DNA from: a virus
Lineage: Duplodnaviria > Caudoviricetes
Direction: 5' to 3' (one strand)
IMG/VR virus record: IMGVR_UViG_3300045918_000152
Span: 1-52,252 of that record
Length of the DNA: 52,252 nt
The notes beneath the pieces were generated by a model. It was not told the origin of the DNA. It worked only from the letters and a program-made list of their open reading frames with translations, and did no database searches. Each line of letters begins with the position of its first letter. The stretch's first letter is position 1. Positions 1 to 11,036 of the stretch are shown here, in pieces. Made by a program: the position numbers and the translations under genes.

Positions 1-922
1 CCTTGGCAGCCCATAACTTACCACCTACAGCAACGTTACTCTGCACAGTTCGATTGCATACCTGAGTAGCATTATAAAAGCTCTCGAGGTCTAGCTTAGA
101 GGTATCAAGTCCTCTACCATATATTGTATTTGTAAGATAGTTAGCAAGGCATTCTGCAGGGCAATTACTATATCGAGCTGTGCCAAATGCATAGGTATAT
201 GCACCAGGACTTCCACTGCGTACGATAGGGCTTACCCACGCACCCTCCATATAGAATTGAGCATCGGGTACTCCAGCACCATACTGTGGATCATCCCGAT
301 TTAATCTGTATACAAGACTCGCATAAGCTGTGTAGGGGAAGGTGGCCTGATCACGTCCTGCGCTGGGGAATGTCCCAACTAGCATAGGATCAGCCTGGCT
401 ACCTGCAACGCTTATGTTCGCTCTAAAGCCATACTGAAAGTCTTTGTCTGTGTAGGGACGGCTATCAATATCGATATGCCATGCCTTCTCAATTCTTCCA
501 AAACTAAGAACTTGTTGCACATAAAGAAATTCGTTCTTTGATCCATTAATGTTGGACGACATTGGATCGCTAGCAGCAACAGTCGTAGTTACCTCAGAGA
601 TATTTCCATCACCCCAGGACTCGTAATCAGTCTTAGTATATCCTGGTTTTGTTACTTGCATTACATATCGGCCATTACTAGTGTCCCATGCACCGACTAC
701 ATAATTAGGTGATACATTGTGGTAAGCTCTTACACCACCAACTAAATTGCGCCCATACACAATAGGCACAGGAGACGATTCTCCGGTAACAGAAAATTCA
801 AATCCTTTTGCATTCTCCGCAGCAGTTCTCGCCTGACTGCGTGCTTTTCTAGATTGTTCGTAATTGTATGCAGTAGATGCAACGAATAACGTCCAAGCAA
901 CTATTTCTAAACCTGTTCCCAT
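1..922 (-). CDS. Tail tip/central tail (gpJ-like host specificity) protein, N-terminal part; runs off the left edge
   Basis: Absent from the ORF track. ATG at 922 overlaps the upstream TAA (TAATG). Manual translation gives MGTGLEIVAWTLFVAS...ESSPVPIVYGRNLVGG, a PIVYG motif typical of siphovirus tail-tip proteins; lies after the tape measure and distal tail genes. Confidence 0.7.
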   Translation of the reverse strand, partial: MGTGLEIVAWTLFVASTAYNYEQSRKARSQARTAAENAKGFEFSVTGESSPVPIVYGRNLVGGVRAYHNVSPNYVVGAWDTSNGRYVMQVTKPGYTKTDYESWGDGNISEVTTTVAASDPMSSNINGSKNEFLYVQQVLSFGRIEKAWHIDIDSRPYTDKDFQYGFRANISVAGSQADPMLVGTFPSAGRDQATFPYTAYASLVYRLNRDDPQYGAGVPDAQFYMEGAWVSPIVRSGSPGAYTYAFGTARYSNCPAECLANYLTNTIYGRGLDTSKLDLESFYNATQVCNRTVQSNVAVGGKLWAAK

Positions 923-1530
923 TATTCTTTACCCCACTTGTACACTATACCTTGGGCACCCTGATAAATCTGATCATATGAGGTATCCCCTGACCTAAAC
1001 TGATTTATACATTCCTTGGATGTTTGGAAAGTCTTAACTAGATCCAAATCGGCCATTGGGCTAGACCCTTCGATAGTTGCTCTTACGTTACCCTCGCCAA
1101 AGTCGAGTGTATAGCCATGATTATCAACTACACCACCATACGACATTATAGTATCTCGAAGGTCTCTAAATGGCATCCCTGGCGCTACAGAAACGCCATC
1201 AGATCCAGTCATCAGACCTGTAGTAGGATTAAGGAATCCAATCCTGACTACAATTGAATCCCCTACAGCACCCGCCTCAAAATAGGACCTCATAAGGAAT
1301 TGCGGATCTGCAAAAGTAATCTTGTACGATTCCCGGTCGACAGTTGTGGAAAGTCTAGGAGGCTCTACAGCTACAAGACCGTTATCATGATTGTAGGTGA
1401 TACCATCACTCATAACAATACTATACGGTAAGCTGGTAGAGTAGTCCGTGCCGCCAATCCCAACAAGAAAGAAATATTCCGCATTTCGCATGCGAATCAG
1501 ACTAGAAACTACACTTCCTAGATTTCTCAT
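922..1530 (-). CDS. Minor tail/tail tip assembly protein
   Basis: 202 aa; second gene after the tape measure; C-terminal GDTSYD...KWGK resembles siphovirus minor tail proteins. Confidence 0.6.
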   Translation of the reverse strand: MRNLGSVVSSLIRMRNAEYFFLVGIGGTDYSTSLPYSIVMSDGITYNHDNGLVAVEPPRLSTTVDRESYKITFADPQFLMRSYFEAGAVGDSIVVRIGFLNPTTGLMTGSDGVSVAPGMPFRDLRDTIMSYGGVVDNHGYTLDFGEGNVRATIEGSSPMADLDLVKTFQTSKECINQFRSGDTSYDQIYQGAQGIVYKWGKE

Positions 1531-1538
1531 TTTATCTC

Positions 1539-2153
1539 CTAAAGATCTTCGATCAGTGTTACCTGACCTACATCCATTAAAACTCCATCTTTATAGATCA
1601 TCCCTTTTACCACGGATGTATCATATCTAGCCTTCATAATTACATTGCTGGTTCCTGTCGCAACAGTGGTGCTAATTGGACAATTCGCAATCAGCGGGGG
1701 AAAAATCTGAAGATCCCCATTACCATTCAATGTTGCACCCTTAACCATATAAATCTTTTTGTGATTCGCAAACTTAATAAATTCGCCCGACGATACCCTT
1801 TTCCCTACGTTGTTGCCTACAGTTATAAGTGTGTCACCTATGGATCCAGCCACAGTGAGAGATAAAGAAGAGTCGGCAGTTGTGCCACCGACCCCACTAG
1901 CACGATATATTTGTGGCATCTCTACGTCAATCACAGTATCACTATCGTTAGTAATCATGTGGATGTAGAGAGATGGATCCCCGACTAATGGCTCGAGTTG
2001 GGTTTGTATCTCCCATCTCTGGATATTAGCCTGAGACCCTGTTTTACGCTTAAGGGACAGGGTATCAGTAGCGAATACAGGACGATTGCTAATAACGCTC
2101 ATCGGCGCTACAAATCTAGCAATCAATACTGATCCATTCCTGATACCTGCCAT
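1539..2153 (-). CDS. Distal tail-like minor tail protein
   Basis: 204 aa, beta-rich; TAATG-coupled directly after the tape measure; GEFIKFANHKKIYMV...IFPPL segment. Confidence 0.6.
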   Translation of the reverse strand: MAGIRNGSVLIARFVAPMSVISNRPVFATDTLSLKRKTGSQANIQRWEIQTQLEPLVGDPSLYIHMITNDSDTVIDVEMPQIYRASGVGGTTADSSLSLTVAGSIGDTLITVGNNVGKRVSSGEFIKFANHKKIYMVKGATLNGNGDLQIFPPLIANCPISTTVATGTSNVIMKARYDTSVVKGMIYKDGVLMDVGQVTLIEDL

Positions 2154-5100
2154 TACTTATTCCCCTTTTCCCTGTTATGGGCGTTAACCCCTAGAGCGAT
2201 CTGGGGGAGCATTTCAAAGATTGCCGACTTGGTTTGTCTCGACACATCGCCAACTATCTGAAGATTAATCACTGTGCTACCAAATGCATTTGCATTCTTC
2301 TTATGTGTAGGTAGAATAGTTTCACCACCGTGGGCCAGTACAACCATGGGCTTGCCAATACCACCCGGTACAATACCACCTGTATCAAATCCAGGCATCG
2401 GAGGGAATGGTGTATCAAAGCCACTCATATTACCAACACCACCGCGATTTGTAACCCCACCCGCACCATTATCAGTACCACCGCCACTACCAAGTAGCAT
2501 CTGACCAGCTTGCAGTATAGTACCAACCCAATTGAAGCCAGGACCCACGACGTTACCCATTATGGTGGAGAACATCTTTGTGATATTCTTCCCTAGTACA
2601 TCGAGAGTACCTCCGAGACTATCGCCTGCAGTTTGGAAAGAATTACTCAGTTCATTTGCAGCGCCTGTAATTCCAGATGTATCAGTGGCTGGCGTCAGCA
2701 ATCCTTCAAGATTACCAACCCCTTGCCTTGCAAACTGAACCCACATAGCATTTCGTTCGCTACTACCATCGAATGTTGGAGTACCACCAAATATACTTGA
2801 GAACAAATCCCCGACACTACTAAGCGCACCGCCACTACTGAACAAATCTCCGACACTGCTAAGCATACCGCCACTTGAGAACATTCCCTTTATACCATTA
2901 AATAACTGACCGCCCATACCGCCATCAGGGGTAAGAATCTTGGCCATATTTGTGCTGAGACCCGTGAATAGTTTATCACTAAATCCCTTGATCACAGTAC
3001 CTTGGATTGTTGTCGCTAGTGCGCTGAGTAATCCCCCAGTACCTTCACCCTTGAATAGTGACATAATGCCATCACTAAATTCTTGTTTGAATGTATCTTG
3101 AAGTTGCTTTCTCTCAGCAATCTGTGCAGTAACTTGTTCCTCAAATCTAAGACGTTCTTGGATACGCTGGCTAAGAATAGCCGCACGACCAACCTCATCT
3201 ACACCAAGAGTCTGAAGCTCATTAAAGAGTTTCGTTATATTCTCTCGATTAGTCTTAAGGTCAAGCAATACCCTAGGCGCAATATTTGTAAGATCAGTAA
3301 GATCAATTTTAAGTGCCTCAGCAAGATCCTTCATATTGGTAATTGGCGTCATCGAATCAGCTCTCGACGCAATAATCCCAAGTTTCTCTCGAAGCTTAAC
3401 CATCGCCTTTAGCTGTTCAAGTTCACCCTCAGAAGCAGTACCATCATTAGCCTTACGCTGAAGCTCCTGGAACTCTTTGAATTGCCCTGTGGCATCCTTG
3501 AGTACATCAGTAAACTCTCTACGAAGAGCGATATCCATCATTACCTTAGAAGAATCAACACCGCTAACCTGAATTGCTTCAAGTCTGGCCGCGATATCTG
3601 TCTTGGTAACTGCTGCGGCTTCTAATTGAGCAGCAATACGTGCCTTAAGCAGTTTCACCCAATCATCTTGCGTCTGCCCTGAAAGTGCAAACTCACGCTC
3701 GGATCCAGCAAGGTTATTCCCAATTGTAACGAGGCGCTGCATTTGATCTGCGGTAATCCGGATAAGATCTTTGTCAGTAAGACTTAGTCCGAGTTTATCA
3801 GCGAATCCAGTCATTTGCCTATACGCAGGAAGACTCAAATCTGCAAGTGCCTTCTTCTCTTCCCGCTTGACGAGTTCCTGACGATTTAGATCTCGGAATG
3901 TTGCAAGGTCGGCAGGACCGAGGTCACCCTTAGCCTTAAGCAATTTCTTCTTGTTGACAATGTCTTCAAGTTCAGTATTTATCTTCGAGAGTTGCATCAC
4001 AGTAGTGTTATCAAGAAGGAAGAAATCTTCCATCTTAATAGCTGTGCCATCAATAGCTCCAGTGATAGACTCCATAACACCAACAGGAATCTTAGCCAAC
4101 TCGAGTGCAATACCATCACGTGCAGCCTGAACAGCATCCGCAAGTTTCTTCGCAAATGCACTCTTCGGGAAATTGCCGCCCTGACCCGCAAGCTTCGTCA
4201 TAGAGGACGCCGCAGATGTCATGAAGTCGTGAACCTTGACCTTAGCCTCGTCGCTAAGCTGAATCCATTTCTCAAGTGTAATGTCAACACCACCCTGCTG
4301 AGCAATCTCAGCAAATCTGTCAAAGATAGAATCCTTAGGATCTTCAAATAGCTTAGAAGTACGGAACTGCTTATAGATATCATCAAGCTTCAACTGAACA
4401 GCTCTCGCCGCAGTTTCGCTAAGCCCTGTGTCGGGTGCCTTGAGCACATTCTGGAGGGCCTCAATAGCAGGTGCCATATTCTTAAGCTGCTCTTGCTTTG
4501 ATACAGGCAAACGACGAATCTTATCTGCTGCACCGCCGGCAGGACCAAAGATTTCTCCGAGGCGTTCGCTGGTAGACTTAGCAATATCATTAAGATTCTT
4601 GTTAGCATCCGCAAGCTGTTGATTAACAATACGCCATCCCGCAATAAATGCATCAGGAGTCTTTGGAGGATTCCTGTCGAAGTCTTCCTTGGCGTGTACA
4701 GCGTCACGAAGCTTAACAACAGCAATATCGATACCCGAATTGAAGTATTTGAATTGATCAGCAGTAATCGACGAGCCACCACTCTTAGAAAGCAGATCGT
4801 TGAGCTGATTAAACAGACCACCCTTCCCAACACCCTTATCCTCAAGCATCCTATTTGCTTTAGTCTTCAGGTCCTGGATATTCTTCATAGCTGCCGTAAT
4901 AACTTCAGGATTAGTGAAATCTGTAGACATTGCCATATATTCACGAGTACGTGAAGCAATCTCGGAAGTAATACCGGACCATTCCTGGAATCCTTCCTGG
5001 TTCGTTTGATAGAACTTGAGGATCTCTTCCTTGGATACATCAGTACCACTAACCTTAATTTTCAGCTCAATACCAGCATCGAATAGAGCGTTACCATGTA

Positions 5101-8100
5101 CCCAATCAACCATGTCGTTCATCTGCTGACGAAGGCCCATTTGCTCTATCTTGATAGGAATAGCAACTTCGTCTTTGTTTGCAGAGTCGCGGAGTACCTT
5201 AATATTTTCTTCGAACTTAGTGTTGAGCCCAACCAATTGTGCATTGAAGTCAGGTCCGAAGATCATTTCATCAACAGGAATACCCTTGCCGAGACCCACA
5301 GCAAGTATTTTGGAAAGTTTCTCCATGTAGTCCTTGTATCCTGCAACAGAAGCTCTGAATTCGCCCTCAGCAATTTTCTGAGGAACTATTTCTTCAAAGG
5401 CAGCCTTGGCACGATCTTTAATACGCTTAAGCTTACGGAGTTCTTCGTTATCGTTAATGAACATCATCGGGGCCTTAGTACGACCAACATCATCAAGAGC
5501 TTTCGCGTATGCAGCGCTAAGCTCAAGGATATTCTTCTTCTCGTCGTCAGTAAGGAAGGAGGATACTCCTGCCATCTTGTAGGCTTGCTGCTTTATGGTA
5601 TTCGACTCGCCCGAGTTAGGATTAAATCCAGTATTACCAGTAGCTTCCTTAAACCAATTACTAAACAGATTGATGTTGTCTGACATCCGAGCATCCGCCT
5701 CAGCAGCCTGACGTCTCTGATCAGCCTGGATCTGAGCACCTTGGCGATGTAATTCATCAAAGTAATCTGAGATTGGCTTAAATGCCGTTGTAATCTTATC
5801 GCCAATTCTCTTGAAGATGCCATCTGTCTGATCTGGAAGTTTGGTCTGAGAGCTAGTAAATCTAGCCACAAAATCATTCCACACAGAACCAATAATGTCT
5901 ACCTTAGCACCAATAGCTGCGGAAAGATCTCTTGCTCTTTGAATAGCCTTTGCAGGCGCATCACCCCAGATTGTATCAAAGAAGTTGTAGAATTGATTGG
6001 ACCACGACACAGTATTGTCATCCAGCAATTTGGTTATTTGCGTGAACGACTTCTCTACACTAGTAGCAACGTCAAGCTTGGCTGCACGATTAGCAAGTCT
6101 ATCGAACTCATTGAAGGCAGCGTCAACTTGATGACGAGTTTCTTTGTCTACACTACCAGCACTATCAAGAACTTCATTGTATCTCTTTACAGAATCCTGA
6201 ACTGCAGTGGCAACCTTGAGGAGATTGTTGTATTCAGTATCAGACATCTTACTGTAGTCAATACTATTTATCTTGGAGCGAACCTCATAACGCTTACCAT
6301 CAAGTGTAGTGTTATCCACAAGATCAGACAGAGCTTGAGCGCGAGGATGATTAACAGCGTCGCCAGTGAACAGAGAGACTATGGCATTTTTAGCGTAGTC
6401 AAGCTTTTCAAAGAAAGTATTACCCTTGCCGAACAATGCAACTGCAAGCAGGCCAACCCCTAATGTTACAACAGCAATAACTGCAGCGCCAAGAGTTGCC
6501 ATGGCGCTAGCAGCAGCTAGAAGTATACGACCAATATTAAGTAATCCTGCAACAAATGTAGTTACAAACCACCACACTCCTCTTATCAGTGCACCAATTA
6601 AAGTACTAATACTGGTCATCGTTAGCCAAAGACCACTCATTGCCGTAGCAAGACCGCTACCTATTGCCACAACAAGACCCCAAATTGCAGCTCCAAACTT
6701 TTCTACTGCTAGTACAAGACCAATCCAGAATCCCTTTGTAAATATTGGAGCAATACCAATACTATAGAGAGCGGTAGATAGCCTCCATACTAATCCAGTG
6801 GTATTAACAATGGCGCCACCCACAAGGGTCATACCACTATACAGCAGCTTAGAGTCTCTCAACGCCGCGGCCATACCAGCTTGCCAGCCACTTGTGAACG
6901 CCGTAAATGCAAAGCTAAGAATCGGAATAGACACAAGCACACCAACAATACCCATAAGAGAATACTTGATAATGCTAAGGACTTGATTCATTGTAGACAA
7001 ATTGTCTACTGTTTTCCCGGCGCTTGTGCTAGCAGCATTGGCTGTAGTTGCAAATAAAGTAAGGATACCAGCCAGCAGCGCAATGATAGCTATTTTACCG
7101 CCGGCGCCTGTGAGAAGCATTCCGATCACTCCACTAGAACCAGCGAGGTTAGCTGCAAAGGCCTTGATCGAATTCCCGAATCCTACTGCAGCAGACTTTA
7201 TGTCGCCAAATCCTGATTTAAACTTGGAAAGAATTGCGGGACTGAACCTTGCAACCTCTGCGAGCAGCGGAGCAAATGTAGCTGAGATACCTGACTTGAC
7301 TGAATTCTTCCAGCCAGATATCGATTGAGACACACCACTAATGTAGTTACGAACATTGCTAAGGGCAGAGCCAGGGAGTAATAGCGAGGACTGGATAGTA
7401 GCCCACCCGCTCTTAACGTCAGTAGCACCCTTCTTAATCGAATCAAATACATTCTGATACTTCTTAGGGATATCAACAAAGTTAGCTGAGCCTCTTCTCC
7501 CAAAGAACAACTCACCAAGAGTCATACCATTAACAGCATAGGCCATCTTGTTCTTGCTGATATTGCTGAATACCTTCGAGCCAAGGTCGGCTACTTCCGT
7601 TATTGCGGACTTTATAGGGGAGTAAATACCCTTGGCAATTTTAGCACCGGCGGCAGCGTATACACTACGCCCACCAGATATTAGTGGATCAATAAGATCC
7701 CTTACCAATCCAATACCTGCAAAGGTATCCTTTACAGCCCCAAATACTGCTGTCGCAACTTTCCAACCGCCCTTGCGCATCGTGGCAATCAATTTACTAC
7801 CACCATCCTTACCGAGAAATGCCCATGAGAGAAGCGGCACTGCAGCAATAAGACTCTCTACCATTGATACAGACTCAAATACGCTAGTAGTTAGCGCAGC
7901 AATACCTGCAATAAGGAGTGTGGGATTGGCTTCAGCACCAAATAACTTAGTTCCAAAGAAGTTGTCCTTCTTATCATCCTTGCCGTTCTTCTTATTCTTC
8001 CTCGCGGCTGCTCTAATCACGGAAGCCTTCGGGGCAACAGCTTTCCCTAGAAAGTCCGGAAGTAGGGCTGTGCCGAGACTTGCAGCGTAAGAGCCAATAG

Positions 8101-10972
8101 TCTTCACGAGACCGAACACATCACCAAGTTTACCTGTAACAAGCTTAAAACCTACAAACCCAAACAGCATTGTATACAAGAGGCCTGTATTGTTAAATGT
8201 CACAAACTTAACCAGGGCCTTGAGACCCTTACCGATAAGGCCAAACTCATCAAGGAGTGCCTCAACGAATGCAGGGACTGACTGCACGAGTACACCCACA
8301 TAGAACACAATATTCTGAATCAGACCCTTTATAAAGATACCGACTCCGGTACCGAGTGCCTTCGCGAGTTCTGCGGGAATAAACACGCCAATGCTATCTT
8401 TGAGCATATTCATTAATGGAAATACAATACTATTTTCAAGTATGTCGGCTACTGAAGAAACCGCGAGGACCTTACCCCAAATCCCGCCGAATGCATATAG
8501 CACAGCTGCTGTGAATGCGGCCGCAACCACACGGTAGATGTTGTTTCCAAATGCATCGAAATCTATTGCAAGCTTAAACTTCTCAACACCACCGCCCTGG
8601 AAGAAATCAAACACCTTGACTTTGATGCCTGCAAACTTTTGCTTTACAGCATCTGCGAAGCTTTCTACTTTCTTGAGTGCAGTCTTGAGACGGCTGGAAT
8701 CATTGATAACACCATCAATAAGATCAGGCCAGTATGAATGCCCAACAACCCTATCGTATGTGTCAAAGAAAGCCCTTGAAACCATCCGTGTGAATTTAGT
8801 AACAATTCCACCTGCAATGTTGTATAGCCTACCCGCTTCCTCGATCACCTTATCAGCCATGTCGCGCATAGCTCTAGGGAGAGAATCACGAACTTCTCGG
8901 CCAATCTCAAGAAGGAAAACTTTGATGAATGTATAGATTTGAGCGAGCGCCTTCATGAACTTGTCAGGCGCATCCCCAAGGCTGAATATCTTGTCAAAAA
9001 CACTTTCCTTGAATGTAATACCTCTGAGAGCTACGGCTAAAGATTTAAATGTAGTCATAATACTGCTAATCATAACCTTACCGAGCTTTTCTGCGCGGCC
9101 GGTTGTAAGGTTATCGATGATAGCATCAAGAATAGCATCAGTAACAGCCCCTGCGGATTGTGCCACACTAGCCACAAGCTTAGAGATAGGGTACCTAAAG
9201 TTATCTTGATAAACTCTCGCGATAGTACTTCCAAGAATTGAGAAAGCGTTTATGATACGATCGAAACGGATATTGTTAATGAACAACACTCGGTTATCGA
9301 TCAGATTAAGGTAGATGCCAATAGTCTTAAGATTCTCCATCCAGTAGTTGGAAGCCTGAATTGCATCATTACTGAAGATATCAAGATTACCACCGCGGAT
9401 ACTATTTAACGCATCACCAAGGTCATTGAAGTTCGAGGTAAGTTCTACAATCGAGTTACTGCGAAATAACCTTGAAGTAGCTCTCTCGATAGCGTTATCT
9501 GCACCGACCTTTAGGATATTCCCGCTGATGTATTGATACACACCCTCAACTTGCCTTGAAAATAGTGTAGCCTGCTGCATATACCAGGAAGAAATTATTG
9601 TTGTGTAGTAGGTAAATCCGCGCTTTAACTGACTGGTAATTTCCTGAACAGGCAGCAATATGTTAGGCACAACAGTCTTGAATTTGCTAAACAAGCTAAC
9701 AAATGCGTACCCTACGGACACAACAAGGCTAAAGGACTCCTTGAGGATATCAACATATGATCTCGGAGGCTCAGGCCATTCCAACTTGGGGAATGAGAAC
9801 GCAGGGAGATTACTCGTGATAGAGCTAGAGAGTTTGCTAAATGTGCTCTCTTCACGTTTCACAAGACCAATCTTTTGCAGAAGCTCTGTGACAGTTTCAA
9901 GAGCTTTCTTGGAATTTTCGTAGCTAGAATAGATATTAAATATCTGAGCAAAGCTAAGAGTAGAAAGGACTTTCTTAGCAGTAAGAGCTACAGTGCTAAA
10001 AGAATTCAATTCATAGATGTACTGCGAAATGGAATGCTTAAAGAGGAAGATCTCCGACTTAATCCTAGGGGTAAATTCACTGAGGTAGCTCGCAGCCTTA
10101 CCCAGATATGTGCCCATCCGAGTGCTCGCATGATCAAGGCTATCAATCTCTCCTACGAGATTCCTGACCTGTAGTGTGAGTGCATTCAAACCCATCGCGG
10201 CAGTACGGGTAGCACCACCAAATTCTTTCTCGATAGCACCTGATTGTTTAGTGATTGCCTGGAGAACTAGCTCAGTTGTTACCTGACCCTGCGCCGCAAG
10301 ATCACGCAGCTTACCAGCGCTGACACCCAACTCTTTTGTGAGAGCTTCTCCAAGACGAGGGAGCTGCTCCATGACAGAGTTAAGTTCATCACCACGAAGA
10401 GTACCACTACTAAGTGCCTGCGCTAACTGAACAATGGCGCCCCTGGCGGATTCCGCGCCTGCACCGCTAAGTAAGATTGTCTGTTGAATTGTCTTTGTGA
10501 TACCAAGTATGGCATCGTTATTCCTGCCAGTATCCTTTACAGCTCTGGATATTTTATAGAATAAATCAGCTGTATCTTCAAGCTGAGTATTTGTATAGGT
10601 GGAAATGTCAAGAAGCTTACGCTGAACTTGAAGCATGTCCCCTGAAGACTTTGTAACCAGTTTAAGTTTATTGTTGACCAGTGTAAGACTGTCAGCGATT
10701 TGGTAGTAGCCTGTGAGGGATGTGCCAAGTGCAATAGCACCAACAAATCCAATGGCTAACTTTGTAACCTTCTGAAGACCATCGCTAGTCTCCTTTAATG
10801 GAGCAGACATCTCTCTCAGAGACGCCGCACCTTCCTTGCCAATCCTCGCAGATGAATTCGCTGCTTTATCCGCTGATGTTGCTATCTTATCTACTGATTG
10901 AGATAAACGTGTTATGTCACTTCTAGCCGCAGTCGAGTCAGATGATACAACGATCTTAATGTCGTCGCTCAT
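2153..10972 (-). CDS. Tail tape measure protein (2939 aa)
   Basis: N-terminal tape-measure signature QLAQALSSGTLRGDELNSVMEQLP; long Ala/Gly helical body with hydrophobic stretches; C-terminal FDTGGIVPG...LAHGGE; AAGGAGG RBS; lies after the tail chaperones. Confidence 0.93.
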   Translation of the reverse strand: MSDDIKIVVSSDSTAARSDITRLSQSVDKIATSADKAANSSARIGKEGAASLREMSAPLKETSDGLQKVTKLAIGFVGAIALGTSLTGYYQIADSLTLVNNKLKLVTKSSGDMLQVQRKLLDISTYTNTQLEDTADLFYKISRAVKDTGRNNDAILGITKTIQQTILLSGAGAESARGAIVQLAQALSSGTLRGDELNSVMEQLPRLGEALTKELGVSAGKLRDLAAQGQVTTELVLQAITKQSGAIEKEFGGATRTAAMGLNALTLQVRNLVGEIDSLDHASTRMGTYLGKAASYLSEFTPRIKSEIFLFKHSISQYIYELNSFSTVALTAKKVLSTLSFAQIFNIYSSYENSKKALETVTELLQKIGLVKREESTFSKLSSSITSNLPAFSFPKLEWPEPPRSYVDILKESFSLVVSVGYAFVSLFSKFKTVVPNILLPVQEITSQLKRGFTYYTTIISSWYMQQATLFSRQVEGVYQYISGNILKVGADNAIERATSRLFRSNSIVELTSNFNDLGDALNSIRGGNLDIFSNDAIQASNYWMENLKTIGIYLNLIDNRVLFINNIRFDRIINAFSILGSTIARVYQDNFRYPISKLVASVAQSAGAVTDAILDAIIDNLTTGRAEKLGKVMISSIMTTFKSLAVALRGITFKESVFDKIFSLGDAPDKFMKALAQIYTFIKVFLLEIGREVRDSLPRAMRDMADKVIEEAGRLYNIAGGIVTKFTRMVSRAFFDTYDRVVGHSYWPDLIDGVINDSSRLKTALKKVESFADAVKQKFAGIKVKVFDFFQGGGVEKFKLAIDFDAFGNNIYRVVAAAFTAAVLYAFGGIWGKVLAVSSVADILENSIVFPLMNMLKDSIGVFIPAELAKALGTGVGIFIKGLIQNIVFYVGVLVQSVPAFVEALLDEFGLIGKGLKALVKFVTFNNTGLLYTMLFGFVGFKLVTGKLGDVFGLVKTIGSYAASLGTALLPDFLGKAVAPKASVIRAAARKNKKNGKDDKKDNFFGTKLFGAEANPTLLIAGIAALTTSVFESVSMVESLIAAVPLLSWAFLGKDGGSKLIATMRKGGWKVATAVFGAVKDTFAGIGLVRDLIDPLISGGRSVYAAAGAKIAKGIYSPIKSAITEVADLGSKVFSNISKNKMAYAVNGMTLGELFFGRRGSANFVDIPKKYQNVFDSIKKGATDVKSGWATIQSSLLLPGSALSNVRNYISGVSQSISGWKNSVKSGISATFAPLLAEVARFSPAILSKFKSGFGDIKSAAVGFGNSIKAFAANLAGSSGVIGMLLTGAGGKIAIIALLAGILTLFATTANAASTSAGKTVDNLSTMNQVLSIIKYSLMGIVGVLVSIPILSFAFTAFTSGWQAGMAAALRDSKLLYSGMTLVGGAIVNTTGLVWRLSTALYSIGIAPIFTKGFWIGLVLAVEKFGAAIWGLVVAIGSGLATAMSGLWLTMTSISTLIGALIRGVWWFVTTFVAGLLNIGRILLAAASAMATLGAAVIAVVTLGVGLLAVALFGKGNTFFEKLDYAKNAIVSLFTGDAVNHPRAQALSDLVDNTTLDGKRYEVRSKINSIDYSKMSDTEYNNLLKVATAVQDSVKRYNEVLDSAGSVDKETRHQVDAAFNEFDRLANRAAKLDVATSVEKSFTQITKLLDDNTVSWSNQFYNFFDTIWGDAPAKAIQRARDLSAAIGAKVDIIGSVWNDFVARFTSSQTKLPDQTDGIFKRIGDKITTAFKPISDYFDELHRQGAQIQADQRRQAAEADARMSDNINLFSNWFKEATGNTGFNPNSGESNTIKQQAYKMAGVSSFLTDDEKKNILELSAAYAKALDDVGRTKAPMMFINDNEELRKLKRIKDRAKAAFEEIVPQKIAEGEFRASVAGYKDYMEKLSKILAVGLGKGIPVDEMIFGPDFNAQLVGLNTKFEENIKVLRDSANKDEVAIPIKIEQMGLRQQMNDMVDWVHGNALFDAGIELKIKVSGTDVSKEEILKFYQTNQEGFQEWSGITSEIASRTREYMAMSTDFTNPEVITAAMKNIQDLKTKANRMLEDKGVGKGGLFNQLNDLLSKSGGSSITADQFKYFNSGIDIAVVKLRDAVHAKEDFDRNPPKTPDAFIAGWRIVNQQLADANKNLNDIAKSTSERLGEIFGPAGGAADKIRRLPVSKQEQLKNMAPAIEALQNVLKAPDTGLSETAARAVQLKLDDIYKQFRTSKLFEDPKDSIFDRFAEIAQQGGVDITLEKWIQLSDEAKVKVHDFMTSAASSMTKLAGQGGNFPKSAFAKKLADAVQAARDGIALELAKIPVGVMESITGAIDGTAIKMEDFFLLDNTTVMQLSKINTELEDIVNKKKLLKAKGDLGPADLATFRDLNRQELVKREEKKALADLSLPAYRQMTGFADKLGLSLTDKDLIRITADQMQRLVTIGNNLAGSEREFALSGQTQDDWVKLLKARIAAQLEAAAVTKTDIAARLEAIQVSGVDSSKVMMDIALRREFTDVLKDATGQFKEFQELQRKANDGTASEGELEQLKAMVKLREKLGIIASRADSMTPITNMKDLAEALKIDLTDLTNIAPRVLLDLKTNRENITKLFNELQTLGVDEVGRAAILSQRIQERLRFEEQVTAQIAERKQLQDTFKQEFSDGIMSLFKGEGTGGLLSALATTIQGTVIKGFSDKLFTGLSTNMAKILTPDGGMGGQLFNGIKGMFSSGGMLSSVGDLFSSGGALSSVGDLFSSIFGGTPTFDGSSERNAMWVQFARQGVGNLEGLLTPATDTSGITGAANELSNSFQTAGDSLGGTLDVLGKNITKMFSTIMGNVVGPGFNWVGTILQAGQMLLGSGGGTDNGAGGVTNRGGVGNMSGFDTPFPPMPGFDTGGIVPGGIGKPMVVLAHGGETILPTHKKNANAFGSTVINLQIVGDVSRQTKSAIFEMLPQIALGVNAHNREKGNK
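2797..2885 (-). repeat. 39-bp-period tandem repeat within the tape measure gene
   Basis: Encodes FSSGGMLSSVGDL / FSSGGALSSVGDL / FSS; also visible at DNA level. Confidence 0.6.
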
Positions 10973-10984
10973 TGTAACCTCCTT

Positions 10985-11023
10985 AAAAAATTGCCCCTTG
11001 GATTGTTAGTCCTTGGGGCTGCC
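10985..11023 (-). terminator. Imperfect terminator-like hairpin upstream of the tape measure gene
   Basis: Minus strand GCCCCAAGGA-CTAACAA-TCCAAGGGGC (two A-A mismatches) followed by AATTTTTT. Confidence 0.4.
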
Positions 11024-11036
11024 AGTATTGGCGTGG

